From contig JACPMB010000012.1 in NCBI GenBank assembly GCA_016186175.1, positions 39,243 through 103,242 on the forward strand: DNA of 64,000 nucleotides, written 5' to 3'. Source of the DNA: Candidatus Peregrinibacteria bacterium (GTDB lineage: Bacteria > Patescibacteriota > Gracilibacteria > Peribacterales > Peribacteraceae). A model generated the notes under the pieces. That model made no database searches. It saw nothing but the letters and a program-made list of their open reading frames with translations, and was not told the DNA's origin. Below, piece after piece: positions 9,290 to 18,887 of the stretch (positions within the stretch are counted from its first letter, which is position 1; every line of letters begins with the position of its first letter). The translations under genes and the position numbers were made by a program.

Positions 9290-10867
9290 TTATGGATGAC
9301 GGAAAACGAAATGATACACCTCAGTTCCGTGAGCCGCTTCTTTTCCGAGGTCCTCAAATCCAGCTTTGACAAAAGCGTTCCGCGAGGCTGCATTGCCGGT
9401 TTTCACAAGAGCGTGAACCGTTCCGCCGGATGAAGTCTTGCCGAAAAAACGCTTAACGCCCTCCATTATCAGCCGCGTTCCATAACCTTTTCCGCGCTCA
9501 GCCGGCGACAGATGAACGTCAATTTCGGCGTCGCCGTCGTCACGGACGTCAAAACGTATCTGTCCGATTGCCCGATTGCCGGCGATGCCGACATAAATGC
9601 GGCACCTGCCGTCGGCAAGTTTGCGTTTCATCCACTCAAGATGATTTTTCCACGGAATCGGTTCCGGCGAAAAGGAGGACGAGCGGATGAAGGGGTCATT
9701 CGCCCAGTCAAAGAGCATCCGCGCGTCATTCATTGTCGCGTCGCGCACTGTCAGCGCGCAAATCGCCGCAGGCGCGGGAATCTCCGCCGGCATGACTAGC
9801 ATAGCCTGCAGCACGCGCGCTGCGCCGTTTCCATCCACAGTCGCCAGGCCCTTCCTCGATAGCGCCGATCGCAATTCTGTGTCGGCGATAAGTCCCGTGA
9901 TGCAGCCGGCAAGCTCATTTTCCGTCGCGTCATTGTACCATCCGATATTTTTCGCCAGGCCCAATTGTTCCAGCGCTTCCGAGACCGCCGTCTGGTTTCC
10001 GGCTGATGATCCTGTCAAAAAAGGCACGCCCATGAACAGCAGTTCCCAGCTTGTGGTTCCCGCCGCGGATATCGCCATGTCCGCCTCCGCCATCCTGGCC
10101 GGCATGTCGAGAGCATCCACGACGACGCGAACGTTCCCATCCATGGAATCTGCCTGCGCCTCCAGAGCGCTCCTATGCGGATTGCTCCCTCCGATGATGA
10201 CTGAGATCGTCCCGGAAAATCCGGTACGCGCTATCGCCCGTAGCGCTTTTGCAGTGATGTTCGCGTGATCCGCTCCGCCGAGCGTGACGAGAATGTGACG
10301 CACTGCGCCGGCGCGGGCGATCCTTTTTTCTCGCCATTCGAGGAATTCGCGCCGCAGCAGGACGTAATCCGGGCCGAGCAGGAGCCGGGTGCTGGCATCG
10401 CGCTTGCGATACCATTCTTCGCGCGCGGAGACATTCTGGTTCAGAATTATGTCCGCGCTGTAGGATCCAGCGTGACCGTAATCGTCCAGAAAAATCACGC
10501 GGAGCCCGTTCTGTTTCAAAAAGTCCTGATAATCAGAACCGAAACCGTATCCGTCAACTACTACCCACTCCGCCCCGAAAGATTTGGCCAGTCTTGCAGT
10601 CTCGCAGGCGTCGTCCGAGCCGTACGGCGCCGCTGAAAGATTCGCAACCTCAATATTTTCCACGCGCAGCCTGTTTTTTAGCGAAGGAGTGATCGCAGCG
10701 CAGACGAAGACGGAGTCGTGGCCGGAATTCCGCCGTATGTCCAAATTCATGCGCTGCGCCAACGCCAGACATCGCATTACATGCCCGGTCCCGGCGGACA
10801 CGCTCGCATCGGCGCGAAATATGGCGTGCATATGAGGAAAGTATGCCATAAATCGAAGCGCTGACAC
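9290..10867 (-). CDS. pseG: PseG (UDP-2,4-diacetamido-2,4,6-trideoxy-L-altropyranose hydrolase) fused to a C-terminal GNAT acetyltransferase (PseH-like)
   Basis: The N-terminus FRADASVSAGTGHVMRCLALAQ is the PseG signature. The last ~170 aa contain a GNAT core (ERGKGYGTRLI...NAASRNAFVKAGFE). Confidence 0.75.
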   Translation of the reverse strand: MSALRFMAYFPHMHAIFRADASVSAGTGHVMRCLALAQRMNLDIRRNSGHDSVFVCAAITPSLKNRLRVENIEVANLSAAPYGSDDACETARLAKSFGAEWVVVDGYGFGSDYQDFLKQNGLRVIFLDDYGHAGSYSADIILNQNVSAREEWYRKRDASTRLLLGPDYVLLRREFLEWREKRIARAGAVRHILVTLGGADHANITAKALRAIARTGFSGTISVIIGGSNPHRSALEAQADSMDGNVRVVVDALDMPARMAEADMAISAAGTTSWELLFMGVPFLTGSSAGNQTAVSEALEQLGLAKNIGWYNDATENELAGCITGLIADTELRSALSRKGLATVDGNGAARVLQAMLVMPAEIPAPAAICALTVRDATMNDARMLFDWANDPFIRSSSFSPEPIPWKNHLEWMKRKLADGRCRIYVGIAGNRAIGQIRFDVRDDGDAEIDVHLSPAERGKGYGTRLIMEGVKRFFGKTSSGGTVHALVKTGNAASRNAFVKAGFEDLGKEAAHGTEVYHFVFRHP

Positions 10868-11644
10868 TCAACGACATGTTTTTTCATTTGATCCCGATGC
10901 TTCATCCCCCCGGAGAGAACGCAGGTATCCTTCGTTGCACTGGATGCCCTCGTTGATTTTCTGCAGATCGGGACGACGCTTCAACAGCGCCAGAATTTCG
11001 TCCTGCCCGAAGATGCCGCCTCCGAGTTCCGTGAACACAGCGCGGACAAAATCAAGATCGCGCGCTTCATCCACGGTCCACCTAAAAGCCGATAAGTCTC
11101 TCTCTTGTGTCACGTGTCCGATGCGGAAAATCTCCGGATGCTTGTGGATGTACGGAGTCACGTGCTCCCGTTCGGATGGCAGCGCGGCGCGTTTTTCGGC
11201 GGCGGCAAGAGCGGACATAGTGAACACTTCCGTATCCAGCCCGTCCGGGTAAGTTCTGCGTATCGCGTTGCTCACGTAATCGTGCCGCGCAGGGTCGAAT
11301 GACTCAACAACTCGCCGGATAACAGCGGGATCAAGAAGAGGGCAGTCGCCGGTAAGTCGCGCGATCAGCTCTGCGCCGCACGATCGCGCCGCCTCCGCAT
11401 AACGCCTGAGAACGTCGTCCGAATCTCCGCGAAAAAAATGAATCCCGTGCGAGGAGCAGAACGCCTCTACAGGATCGTCCGACCGATCCAAGGTCGTAGC
11501 GAGCACGACGTCATGAAAAACTTCAGACGCTTCCGCGCGCCTTATAACGTGCGCTATCAGCGGCGCACCGGCCACGTCGGAGAGAATTTTCCCCGGCAGC
11601 CTACTGGAATTCATGCGCCCCTGGATGATGGCGACAGTCTTCAT
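10868..11644 (-). CDS. pseF: Nonulosonate (pseudaminic acid) cytidylyltransferase, SpsF/COG1861-type
   Basis: MKTVAIIQGRMNSSRLPGKIL is the N-terminal nucleotidyltransferase motif. I start it at ATG 11644, which overlaps the upstream stop (ATGA). The Arg-rich extension to 11758 in the ORF track is discarded. Confidence 0.7.
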   Translation of the reverse strand: MKTVAIIQGRMNSSRLPGKILSDVAGAPLIAHVIRRAEASEVFHDVVLATTLDRSDDPVEAFCSSHGIHFFRGDSDDVLRRYAEAARSCGAELIARLTGDCPLLDPAVIRRVVESFDPARHDYVSNAIRRTYPDGLDTEVFTMSALAAAEKRAALPSEREHVTPYIHKHPEIFRIGHVTQERDLSAFRWTVDEARDLDFVRAVFTELGGGIFGQDEILALLKRRPDLQKINEGIQCNEGYLRSLRGDEASGSNEKTCR

Positions 11645-12642
11645 GCTAGATTGCGGCCGCGGCAATCGCGATTGCCATGGCGTGCTGCGAGAGCGATGGC
11701 CAGTGCGGCTTTGCCCTCGATAATGCCAGAAAACGCAGTGGAACGATTCTCCACGCACTCCAGGAAATACGCAATTTCATCCAGATACATCCGATTTGGC
11801 TCATAATGAGGCGGTTCCGGGAAAAATTCCATCGCAGAGCCGTCCTTCCTCTCCAGCCGGACTCCTTTCCCGTATTCCCATGCGATTCTGCCGCCTGTTC
11901 CTTCGATGGTGCAGCCGCGCTCGTATCCTTTTTTTACAAAGCTCACCGATATTTCGCTCGACGCGCCGGATGAGTGCCCGAGTTTCATCACGGCCTTCCC
12001 GTCAACCGTAAGTCCGATCTCCGCTGCCGGCTCCACAGCCGCGTGCAGCAGGGCCGCGGGGCCGCAGTACCAAAGCGCGAGATCAATCTCGTGTATGAAA
12101 TCCAATATCGCTCCGCCCTGCAGCGGGTCGGCGCTGTAACTGCTCCGGTAATCGTCCTGCGGCCTCCAGTCCGGCAGGTACGACGCCGCGTGAATGTGCG
12201 CACGCACGACGCGCCCCGCGGCTCCGCTATCAATCAATTCTTTCACTTTCCGCGGCCCCGGGTGGAAGCGCATGTTGCATCCGATCATGACTATCCTGCC
12301 CGCCGCAACCCGCTCCAATTCCCCGGTTCCTTCCATGGCGTGACTCAGCGGCTTTTCGATAAATGCGTCCGCGTTTGCCCGCACGGCGAGGAGCGCCTGC
12401 GGCACGTGCTCCTTTGTCGGCGAGCATACGAAAACGATCGTCGGGCGGAACGCAGCGATCGCGCCGGAAGCGTCATTAAACGTTTCGATGTCCAATTCTT
12501 TTCCCAGCGCGGCTCTCTTAACTGGGTCCGGTTCCATAACGGCGATTTTTCGCACGCCCAGCAGGCTCAGATTGGCCGCATGGCGCCTGCCTATCGAACC
12601 TCCTCCGAGCACGAGGATACGGTGGCGTGGTGATACTGGCAT
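11641..12642 (-). CDS. Gfo/Idh/MocA family NAD(P)-dependent oxidoreductase
   Basis: N-terminal Rossmann motif ILVLGGGSIGRRHAANL and typical family length. Confidence 0.7.
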   Translation of the reverse strand: MPVSPRHRILVLGGGSIGRRHAANLSLLGVRKIAVMEPDPVKRAALGKELDIETFNDASGAIAAFRPTIVFVCSPTKEHVPQALLAVRANADAFIEKPLSHAMEGTGELERVAAGRIVMIGCNMRFHPGPRKVKELIDSGAAGRVVRAHIHAASYLPDWRPQDDYRSSYSADPLQGGAILDFIHEIDLALWYCGPAALLHAAVEPAAEIGLTVDGKAVMKLGHSSGASSEISVSFVKKGYERGCTIEGTGGRIAWEYGKGVRLERKDGSAMEFFPEPPHYEPNRMYLDEIAYFLECVENRSTAFSGIIEGKAALAIALAARHGNRDCRGRNLA

Positions 12643-13836
12643 CTACGCGGCGAAATATGAGAGTACCTTCTCCATTGCTGCGATGACGTCATCGGCATCT
12701 TTGTCGGTCATGGCGGCGAACACGGGCAGCGATAGAATGCATGTGTAGGCTTTTTCCGCAACCGGGCACAGTCCCTCGCGCGTCCCGAAATTTTTGCGGT
12801 AATACGGGTGCAGGTGAACTGGGATATAATGCACGTTCACGCCGATGTTCTCGGCCCTGAGCGCGCGGAAGATGTCGTTCCGATCCGCTGCAAGGAGATC
12901 GAGATTCAGCTGAATCACGTAAAGATGATAGGCGTGCGAGACGCCGCTTCGGACGGAGAGCGGCCGTAGTCCTTTTGTTGCGGAGAACGCCATGTCGTAC
13001 ATTTTGGCCAATTCCTGGCGGCGCTTGGTCCATGCCGGCGCCTTCTTTAATTGGCTGACGCCGAGCGCGCACTGAATATCGCTCAGCCGGTAGTTGTACC
13101 CCAAGGCCTGCATTTCGTAGAACCACGATCCTTGCTCCTGTCGCTGCCGGTGATCGGTGGTGATGCCGTGATTGCGAAAGCAGCGCATCCGCACGGCCAT
13201 CTCCGGATCATCAGTCGTCACCATGCCGCCCTCGCCGGTGGCGATCGGCTTGACCGGATGAAAACTGAAAGCATTCAAATCAGCCAGCGAGCCTGTCGGC
13301 CGGTCGTTCAAAAATCCGCCGAGCGCGTGGCAGGCGTCGGCGATCAGTGTCAGTTTTTTACCGTCGGCGATCGTTCGAAGCGCGTCATAATCGCATGGCT
13401 GCCCGGTGTAATCCATGGCTACAACCGCCTTCGTCTTTTTGGTTACGAGCGCTTCCACGCTCTTAGGATCGATCAAGAGCGTTTCTGGATCGCAATCGGC
13501 AAAGACCGGCGTCGCTCCCAGGAACACCGCCGCGTTCGCCGTCGCCGCAAACGTCATTGCCGGCACTATCACTTCGTCTCCCGGTCCGATTCCGGCTGCA
13601 CAATACGCGGCATGCAGGGCGGCGGTCCCGTTGCCCACGGCCACGGCGTGCTTTGTTCCGGCGAATAACGCAAACGACCTTTCGAATTCCTCAACCATCG
13701 GCCCGGTCGTCAGCCAGTCTGAACGAAGCACCGCGTTGACGGCGGCAATATCATCTTCTCCCACCGATTGGCGGGAATAAGGTAGGAGCCCGGACCGCAC
13801 CGGAGCGCCGCCGAAAATGGCGAGTTTGGCCGGCAT
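12643..13836 (-). CDS. pseC: DegT/DnrJ/EryC1 aminotransferase, PseC-type
   Basis: PLP-lysine region SFHPVKPIATGEGGMV and YNYRLSDIQCALGVSQLKK. It lies directly downstream of pseB. Confidence 0.8.
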   Translation of the reverse strand: MPAKLAIFGGAPVRSGLLPYSRQSVGEDDIAAVNAVLRSDWLTTGPMVEEFERSFALFAGTKHAVAVGNGTAALHAAYCAAGIGPGDEVIVPAMTFAATANAAVFLGATPVFADCDPETLLIDPKSVEALVTKKTKAVVAMDYTGQPCDYDALRTIADGKKLTLIADACHALGGFLNDRPTGSLADLNAFSFHPVKPIATGEGGMVTTDDPEMAVRMRCFRNHGITTDHRQRQEQGSWFYEMQALGYNYRLSDIQCALGVSQLKKAPAWTKRRQELAKMYDMAFSATKGLRPLSVRSGVSHAYHLYVIQLNLDLLAADRNDIFRALRAENIGVNVHYIPVHLHPYYRKNFGTREGLCPVAEKAYTCILSLPVFAAMTDKDADDVIAAMEKVLSYFAA

Positions 13837-13840
13837 GGCA

Positions 13841-14803
13841 TCAGACCAGGGCTCTCAGTTGCTCCACCGTCAGCCGCTGCGTATTGGTATCGCTGCTGTA
13901 CTGCCAGTGTTCTTTGGGTTTCGATCCTTTCCAGCGTCGGAATCCCCACGATTCATCTTCGGGCTCGATCACGAACATGTCGTGGAGTTCCACTGTGTGT
14001 CGGGCTTCATCTTCCGATAACAGGCATTCGTGCAGCTTCTCCCCCGGACGAATGCCGGTGATCACCTTTTTACATCCCGGCGCCATCGCCTCGGCGAGAT
14101 CGGCGAGACTGGCGCTCGGAATTTTCGGAACGAAAATTTCCCCGCCGCGCATCAATTCCAGGGAACGAAGAACAAAATCCACTCCCTGGTCCAAAGTCAG
14201 CCAGAATCGAGTCATGCGCTCGTCGGTGATCGTTATCGTTCCTGTTTTCCGCTGTTCAAGAAAGAGGGGGATCACGCTTCCGCGGCTGCCAACGACGTTG
14301 CCGTATCGCACGCAGCTGAAGACGGTTTTGCCTCCGGAATACGCGTTGCTTTGCACGAATAACTTTTCCGCGCAGAGCTTGGACGCCCCGTACAAATTCG
14401 CCGGATTCACGGCCTTGTCCGTGCTTAGCGCCAGCGCGTTGCCGACTCCCATGTCAATCGCCGCGTTTATCACGTTCTGCGCTCCGATGATGTTCGTCTG
14501 GATCGCTTCGATGGGGTTGTACTCGCACGCGGGAACGTGCTTTAACGCCGCGGCGTGAATAACGACGTCCACGTCCTTCATCGCGCGGTGCAGCCTCTCC
14601 CGGTCGCGCACGTCTCCTATAAAGTAGCGCATGCAATCGGCGTCCAGGCCCCCCGATCTCATCTCGTGCTGCTTCAGCTCGTCGCGGCTGAACACGATGA
14701 GCTTGCGCGGCTTGTCGCCATGCAGGACTTTTTCCACGAATTTCCTGCCAAACGATCCGGTTCCGCCGGTAACCAGCACGGCAAGGTCGCTGAACTTTTT
14801 CAT
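13841..14803 (-). CDS. pseB: UDP-N-acetylglucosamine 4,6-dehydratase (inverting), FlaA1/PseB type
   Basis: VLVTGGTGSFGRKFV, STDKAVNPANLYGASKLCAEK and GNVVGSRGSVIPLF. The ~320-aa soluble Polysacc_synt_2 architecture is typical of PseB. Confidence 0.85.
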   Translation of the reverse strand: MKKFSDLAVLVTGGTGSFGRKFVEKVLHGDKPRKLIVFSRDELKQHEMRSGGLDADCMRYFIGDVRDRERLHRAMKDVDVVIHAAALKHVPACEYNPIEAIQTNIIGAQNVINAAIDMGVGNALALSTDKAVNPANLYGASKLCAEKLFVQSNAYSGGKTVFSCVRYGNVVGSRGSVIPLFLEQRKTGTITITDERMTRFWLTLDQGVDFVLRSLELMRGGEIFVPKIPSASLADLAEAMAPGCKKVITGIRPGEKLHECLLSEDEARHTVELHDMFVIEPEDESWGFRRWKGSKPKEHWQYSSDTNTQRLTVEQLRALV

Positions 14804-14865
14804 ATGCCGGATCGTACCATACTGTTGCGCATACTGGCATTATCATAGCAGTATACTTACCTATC

Positions 14866-15408
14866 GTGATTTCCGCTGAAAACGCGCTCACTGGCTCCAT
14901 CGTTTGTTTGCGGGGATTGAGTGAGGGCGATGCAACTGCGGAGTATGCCGCGTGGCTCAACGATCCGGAGGTCAACAAATACCTCGAAACCCGTCACGTC
15001 ACGTTACCTGAATTGCGCGACTACATCCGCGACAAGAAAGAGAGTCCGACAGCGATACTCATGGGCATTTTCTGGAAGGAGAACGGCAGGCACATCGGCA
15101 ACGTCAAACTGGAGCCGATCAATAAGGAAAAAAAATCTGCGACGATGGGCATTCTGATCGGCGACAAAAATTACTGGGGCAAGGGCGTCGCGACGGAGAC
15201 AACGAATCTCGTCACCGAGTATGCGTTCTCCGACTTGAAACTGGAATTGATCGAGCTCGGTGTGATATCAGAAAACGCAGCGGCGATCCGCGTTTACAAG
15301 AAGTGCGGGTTTGAAACGGTTCGCGTGGAACCCAAAGTGATGGATCATGATGGAATCCTGTACGATAAAGTGGTGATGCGGAAACTGGCGCCGCGAATGC
15401 GGCCTTAA
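14866..15408 (+). CDS. GNAT N-acetyltransferase (RimJ/RimL-like; alternative PseH candidate)
   Basis: LRGLSEGDATAEYAAWLNDPEVNKYL...YWGKGVATE...AAAIRVYKKCGFE, with a GTG start. Its stop shares the palindrome TTAA with the convergent hisF-like stop. Confidence 0.7.
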   Translation: MISAENALTGSIVCLRGLSEGDATAEYAAWLNDPEVNKYLETRHVTLPELRDYIRDKKESPTAILMGIFWKENGRHIGNVKLEPINKEKKSATMGILIGDKNYWGKGVATETTNLVTEYAFSDLKLELIELGVISENAAAIRVYKKCGFETVRVEPKVMDHDGILYDKVVMRKLAPRMRP

Positions 15409-16187
15409 GATCGGACATTGACCCCACGGTCCACCAGGTATTTCCGCGCCTTGATCGGGCTCTGGTCAGTGAAATGAAAAATGCTCGCGGCGCTCACCGC
15501 GCTTGCGCCGCCCTCTTCCATGCCTATGCGGAAATCATCCAAAGTCCCCACTCCGCCGGACGCGATAACAGGGATTGAAACCGAGTCCACGATGGAGCGG
15601 ATCAAGGCAATGTCGAGTCCGCTCATGGTCCCGTCGCGGTCAATGGACGTCAGGAATATTTCCCCCGCCCCCAGCTCCTGCGCGGTCCTGGACCACAAGA
15701 CGGGATCGAGGCCGGTCGCTTCGGCGCCTCCGCGCACGAAAACTTCGTACTCTCCTTCCATCCCTGATTTGAGCCCCGAAGCCGGCCTCCTGCGAACGTC
15801 AACGGACACGACGACAGTGGAACTGCCGAACGCACGCGCCGCTTCCCCGATCAGCCTCTCGCATTCCACCGCGCCGGTGTTGATCAATACCTTGTCAGCT
15901 CCTTTGCTCAGAAGAATACGCATGTCCTCGATCGAGCGTATTCCGCCGCCGACGCACAGCGGCATAAAACATTCCTCGGATATCTGCGCGACTATTTCCG
16001 AACGCATTCCGCGTCGCTCCCTGCTCGCGAAAATATCCAGGACCAGAAGTTCGTCAACTCGTTGCGCGTCGTATATCCGCGCCGCGGTCAGCGGATGCCC
16101 GGTGTCGCGGAAACCTCCGAATCGCACGGATTTCACCATGCGATTGTCCTTAAGAAGCAGCGAGGGAATGATGCGTTTCTTCAGCAT
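15405..16187 (-). CDS. HisF-like cyclase subunit paralog (glycan acetamidino-forming type), copy 1
   Basis: MLKKRIIPSLLLKDNRMVKSVRF...DELLVLDI...GGGIRS is a TIM-barrel HisF pattern. It is adjacent to a HisH paralog and a sugar amidotransferase, not to his genes. Confidence 0.8.
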   Translation of the reverse strand: MLKKRIIPSLLLKDNRMVKSVRFGGFRDTGHPLTAARIYDAQRVDELLVLDIFASRERRGMRSEIVAQISEECFMPLCVGGGIRSIEDMRILLSKGADKVLINTGAVECERLIGEAARAFGSSTVVVSVDVRRRPASGLKSGMEGEYEVFVRGGAEATGLDPVLWSRTAQELGAGEIFLTSIDRDGTMSGLDIALIRSIVDSVSIPVIASGGVGTLDDFRIGMEEGGASAVSAASIFHFTDQSPIKARKYLVDRGVNVRS

Positions 16188-16801
16188 GGCTTCCAGCGGC
16201 AGAAATTACCGAGCATTTCCAAGCCGGTTTCCTGGCTCTTTTCGGGGTGGAATTGAGTCGCGAAGATATTGTCCCTGGCAAAACACGCGGTAAACCCGCC
16301 GCCGTAATCGCACGTTCCGACGGTCAAGTCGTCGTTTTTGAGCCGAACGTAGTAACTGTGGACGAAATAAAAATCAGCCTGCTTTACCGAACCCGTCACC
16401 GGATGATTTTTCGAGAACCGGACAGAATTCCAGCCTACGTGCGGAACGTTCAGCCGCGCGCTTTCCGAGAACTCGAAGCGCTTCACGTCCGCGGGAATCC
16501 AGTTCAGCCCTGCGTGCCTGCCGAATTCCTCGCTGCTCGTCGCGAGCAGCTGCATGCCGAGGCAGATGCCCCACAAAGGTTTCTTCTTGAGCAAAATCTC
16601 CTCTTCCAGCACGGGAATCAGGCCGAATGAACGGAGATTGGCAATCCCCTGGCCGAACGCCCCGACGCCCGGGAGAACCAAGCGCTCCGCTTTCCGTATT
16701 TTTTCCGGATCGCGCGTCACCAGAACGTCGCCGCCGACATACGCGATGGCTTTCGAAATGGAGCGCAGGTTGCCCATGCCGTAATCTATGACGGCGATCA
16801 T
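16181..16801 (-). CDS. HisH-like glutamine amidotransferase subunit paralog, copy 1
   Basis: MIAVIDYGMGNLRS, GICLGMQLL (catalytic Cys) and ATQFHPEKS. I start it at ATG 16801, an ATGA overlap with the upstream stop. The N-terminal extension in the ORF track is discarded. Confidence 0.8.
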   Translation of the reverse strand: MIAVIDYGMGNLRSISKAIAYVGGDVLVTRDPEKIRKAERLVLPGVGAFGQGIANLRSFGLIPVLEEEILLKKKPLWGICLGMQLLATSSEEFGRHAGLNWIPADVKRFEFSESARLNVPHVGWNSVRFSKNHPVTGSVKQADFYFVHSYYVRLKNDDLTVGTCDYGGGFTACFARDNIFATQFHPEKSQETGLEMLGNFCRWKPC

Positions 16802-16803
16802 AG

Positions 16804-18042
16804 TCACTCCGTAATCCAGAACTTCTGATCGGGCAGCGCCGGCCCGCGGCGCGTCGCGGATGGGTCGTGTTTCCATGGCGCCACGCGCAGCCGGTTGGCG
16901 ATCCCCATGAACTGATCCTCGGAGATCCGCAGCCAGCGCAGCAGCACATCCAGGCTCGCGGGGCGAAGCCCCTCCCACTTTTGAATCAGTTCAATCGCCT
17001 TCGAACGCGTCATGCGGCCGTTGCGGATGTCTATCGAGGCCAGATGGCTCATGCGACCGTACCCGCGTTTGATGAACTTAAGATAATCCTGCACGCCCTG
17101 CATCATGTCCTCGATTTTCTCGTAGTTGTATTCCGGCGGCACCCCCTCGACCAGGTCGCCCTGCCATCCGAGTTCGCGCCGTATGATTTCAACATGCTTC
17201 TTCACGTCCCACGGGACGTAGCTGCCTAAACAGACTGATCTGCATTTGATGGAAAGCAGATCGGCTCGCGGCGGATAAATGTACGGGTCCATGTCGCGCA
17301 AAGTCACTGGCTCTCCGTCGCGAACCGGAGATGACGGCTCGTTGAGCATGCCGAGCATGTCTTCTGCCGTGATTCCCAGATTCACGAACATATTGAAACG
17401 TCGCTCGTCCACTTCCTCGATTTTGGAGTAATCGTAGTAGCTGGCGTATTCCGCGGATGGCTCCCCCCAGATGACCAGCGGAATGTTGTACTTAAGCGCC
17501 ACCTTCATCGGATAAGCGAAAATGCCGGAATGCTGGTACCAGAGAATGTCGCCTTTCCGTTCCAATGAAATTCGCATCAGCTTTTTGACGAGTTGCCAGT
17601 CCGGTCTGAATCCCAGGAAGTCCACTCCGAGTTTATGCAGCGTGCGCTCCCTGTTCGCCAGAACCTTAGGACGCATGAGATGGTGATCGAAGCTGACAAC
17701 CAGCGGCTTAAGTTTCCAGTCGTTGATAAGAGAATAAACAGTAAAAGAAGAATCCTTCCCGCCGCTGAACGGAACGATGCAGTCGTACATTCCTTTTCCG
17801 CGGTACTGATCCAGCAGATCGGAAAATTCTCTCCTTTTTTTATTCCAGTCAATGTGAGCACTCTTGAACTCGACGTTCTTGCATGTCGCGCACACACCAT
17901 GCTCGTCGAACGAAATCACCTCCTGAGTTTCCGGCATGACGCACCGCGTGCACCGTTTGAGCGCCAGCGGGTCGGACACCGTACGCTCCGCGTCGCTGCG
18001 CGGTGAGGATGCAGTCCGTGTTGCGACGGTTATGGTCTTCAT
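16804..18042 (-). CDS. N-acetyl sugar amidotransferase (PP-loop; PseA/WbpG/PtmG family), copy 1
   Basis: Zinc ribbon CTRCVMPETQEVISFDEHGVCATCKN and PP-loop VPFSGGKDSS. I start it at MKTITV (18042), an ATGA overlap with the upstream gene. Confidence 0.75.
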   Translation of the reverse strand: MKTITVATRTASSPRSDAERTVSDPLALKRCTRCVMPETQEVISFDEHGVCATCKNVEFKSAHIDWNKKRREFSDLLDQYRGKGMYDCIVPFSGGKDSSFTVYSLINDWKLKPLVVSFDHHLMRPKVLANRERTLHKLGVDFLGFRPDWQLVKKLMRISLERKGDILWYQHSGIFAYPMKVALKYNIPLVIWGEPSAEYASYYDYSKIEEVDERRFNMFVNLGITAEDMLGMLNEPSSPVRDGEPVTLRDMDPYIYPPRADLLSIKCRSVCLGSYVPWDVKKHVEIIRRELGWQGDLVEGVPPEYNYEKIEDMMQGVQDYLKFIKRGYGRMSHLASIDIRNGRMTRSKAIELIQKWEGLRPASLDVLLRWLRISEDQFMGIANRLRVAPWKHDPSATRRGPALPDQKFWITE

Positions 18043-18881
18043 GATGCGATGGTACGGGTCACGCGCAGGAAACTCCAGGGTTGCAGGATGTATTTGTGCA
18101 CCTGCCAGCCTCCCATGACTTCCGTAAGGTCGTCCGGCTTGGCGTCCTCCGGCCACGCTCCGGCTCCCAGAGCGCGCGGGTCGTAGTCCATGTCCCGCTC
18201 TATCAAAACGTCCTCGACGTCCGGCATGGAGCCGAGAAACCATCTTATGTACCGTTCGGAATAAATGTTGTAGTAGTGGCAGGTTTTCGGCTCGCCGTCC
18301 GCTCCAAACAGCGGGTCTTCTTTCCCATTCATAACGTCCGGCTCCGGCACCTGTTTGATCCGGAAAGTGCTGTTTCCGATTTGCGTGCGCACCAGCAGCG
18401 TGCTGCGCGTGACTCTCCAGAGCTCGCGCAGAGCGTTAGTCACGGACGGAAGATGCAGGAGAATATTGCAGCACATTACGACATCGAAGCTTTTCGGTTC
18501 GTATGGCAGCTCCTCGACGCTCGCCACGGTAAAGCGCACGAGCGGGTCGTTCGCGTACGCTTTTTTGCCAAGTGCGATGTACTCAGGAGTGATGTCCGAT
18601 CCCTCGTAGAAAAATGGAAAAGGAAATTCCCGGCGGAGCGAGCGCAGGTAATGACCGGAGCCGCAGCCTACATCCAAAATGCGCGCCTGCGGAACGACTA
18701 TCCCACGCAGCTTTTTTGCGGCGGCCTTGCTGCTTTCCATTTCGGGCGCCTGTCCGGTTGCCCGCGCGTAGAACACCTCGCCGTAAGAAGGAGCTGCGCT
18801 CCAGGCTTTGGAAGAAAGCGGCATGACAGGGAAGGGGAATCTGATCGGCAAGCGCCCATGACGAGCGCGCGATCCCATCAT
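18039..18881 (-). CDS. Class I SAM-dependent methyltransferase
   Basis: ILDVGCGSGHYLRSL and VMCCNILLHLP. Start is uncertain (ATG 18881/18878 or 18824). The longer ORF to 19259 would read through an intergenic repeat and is rejected. Confidence 0.65.
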   Translation of the reverse strand: MMGSRARHGRLPIRFPFPVMPLSSKAWSAAPSYGEVFYARATGQAPEMESSKAAAKKLRGIVVPQARILDVGCGSGHYLRSLRREFPFPFFYEGSDITPEYIALGKKAYANDPLVRFTVASVEELPYEPKSFDVVMCCNILLHLPSVTNALRELWRVTRSTLLVRTQIGNSTFRIKQVPEPDVMNGKEDPLFGADGEPKTCHYYNIYSERYIRWFLGSMPDVEDVLIERDMDYDPRALGAGAWPEDAKPDDLTEVMGGWQVHKYILQPWSFLRVTRTIAS

Positions 18882-18887
18882 AGCAAG

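Noticed and set aside
16181-18243. N-terminal extensions of many track ORFs: hisH-like copies 1 and 2, amidotransferase 1, pseF, neuC, PHP-ATP-grasp, neuB, rpmI, polX and ugd.
   Set aside because: The extensions are Arg/Gly/Pro-rich and overlap the upstream gene. Internal ATGs give canonical family N-termini and usually ATGA coupling.
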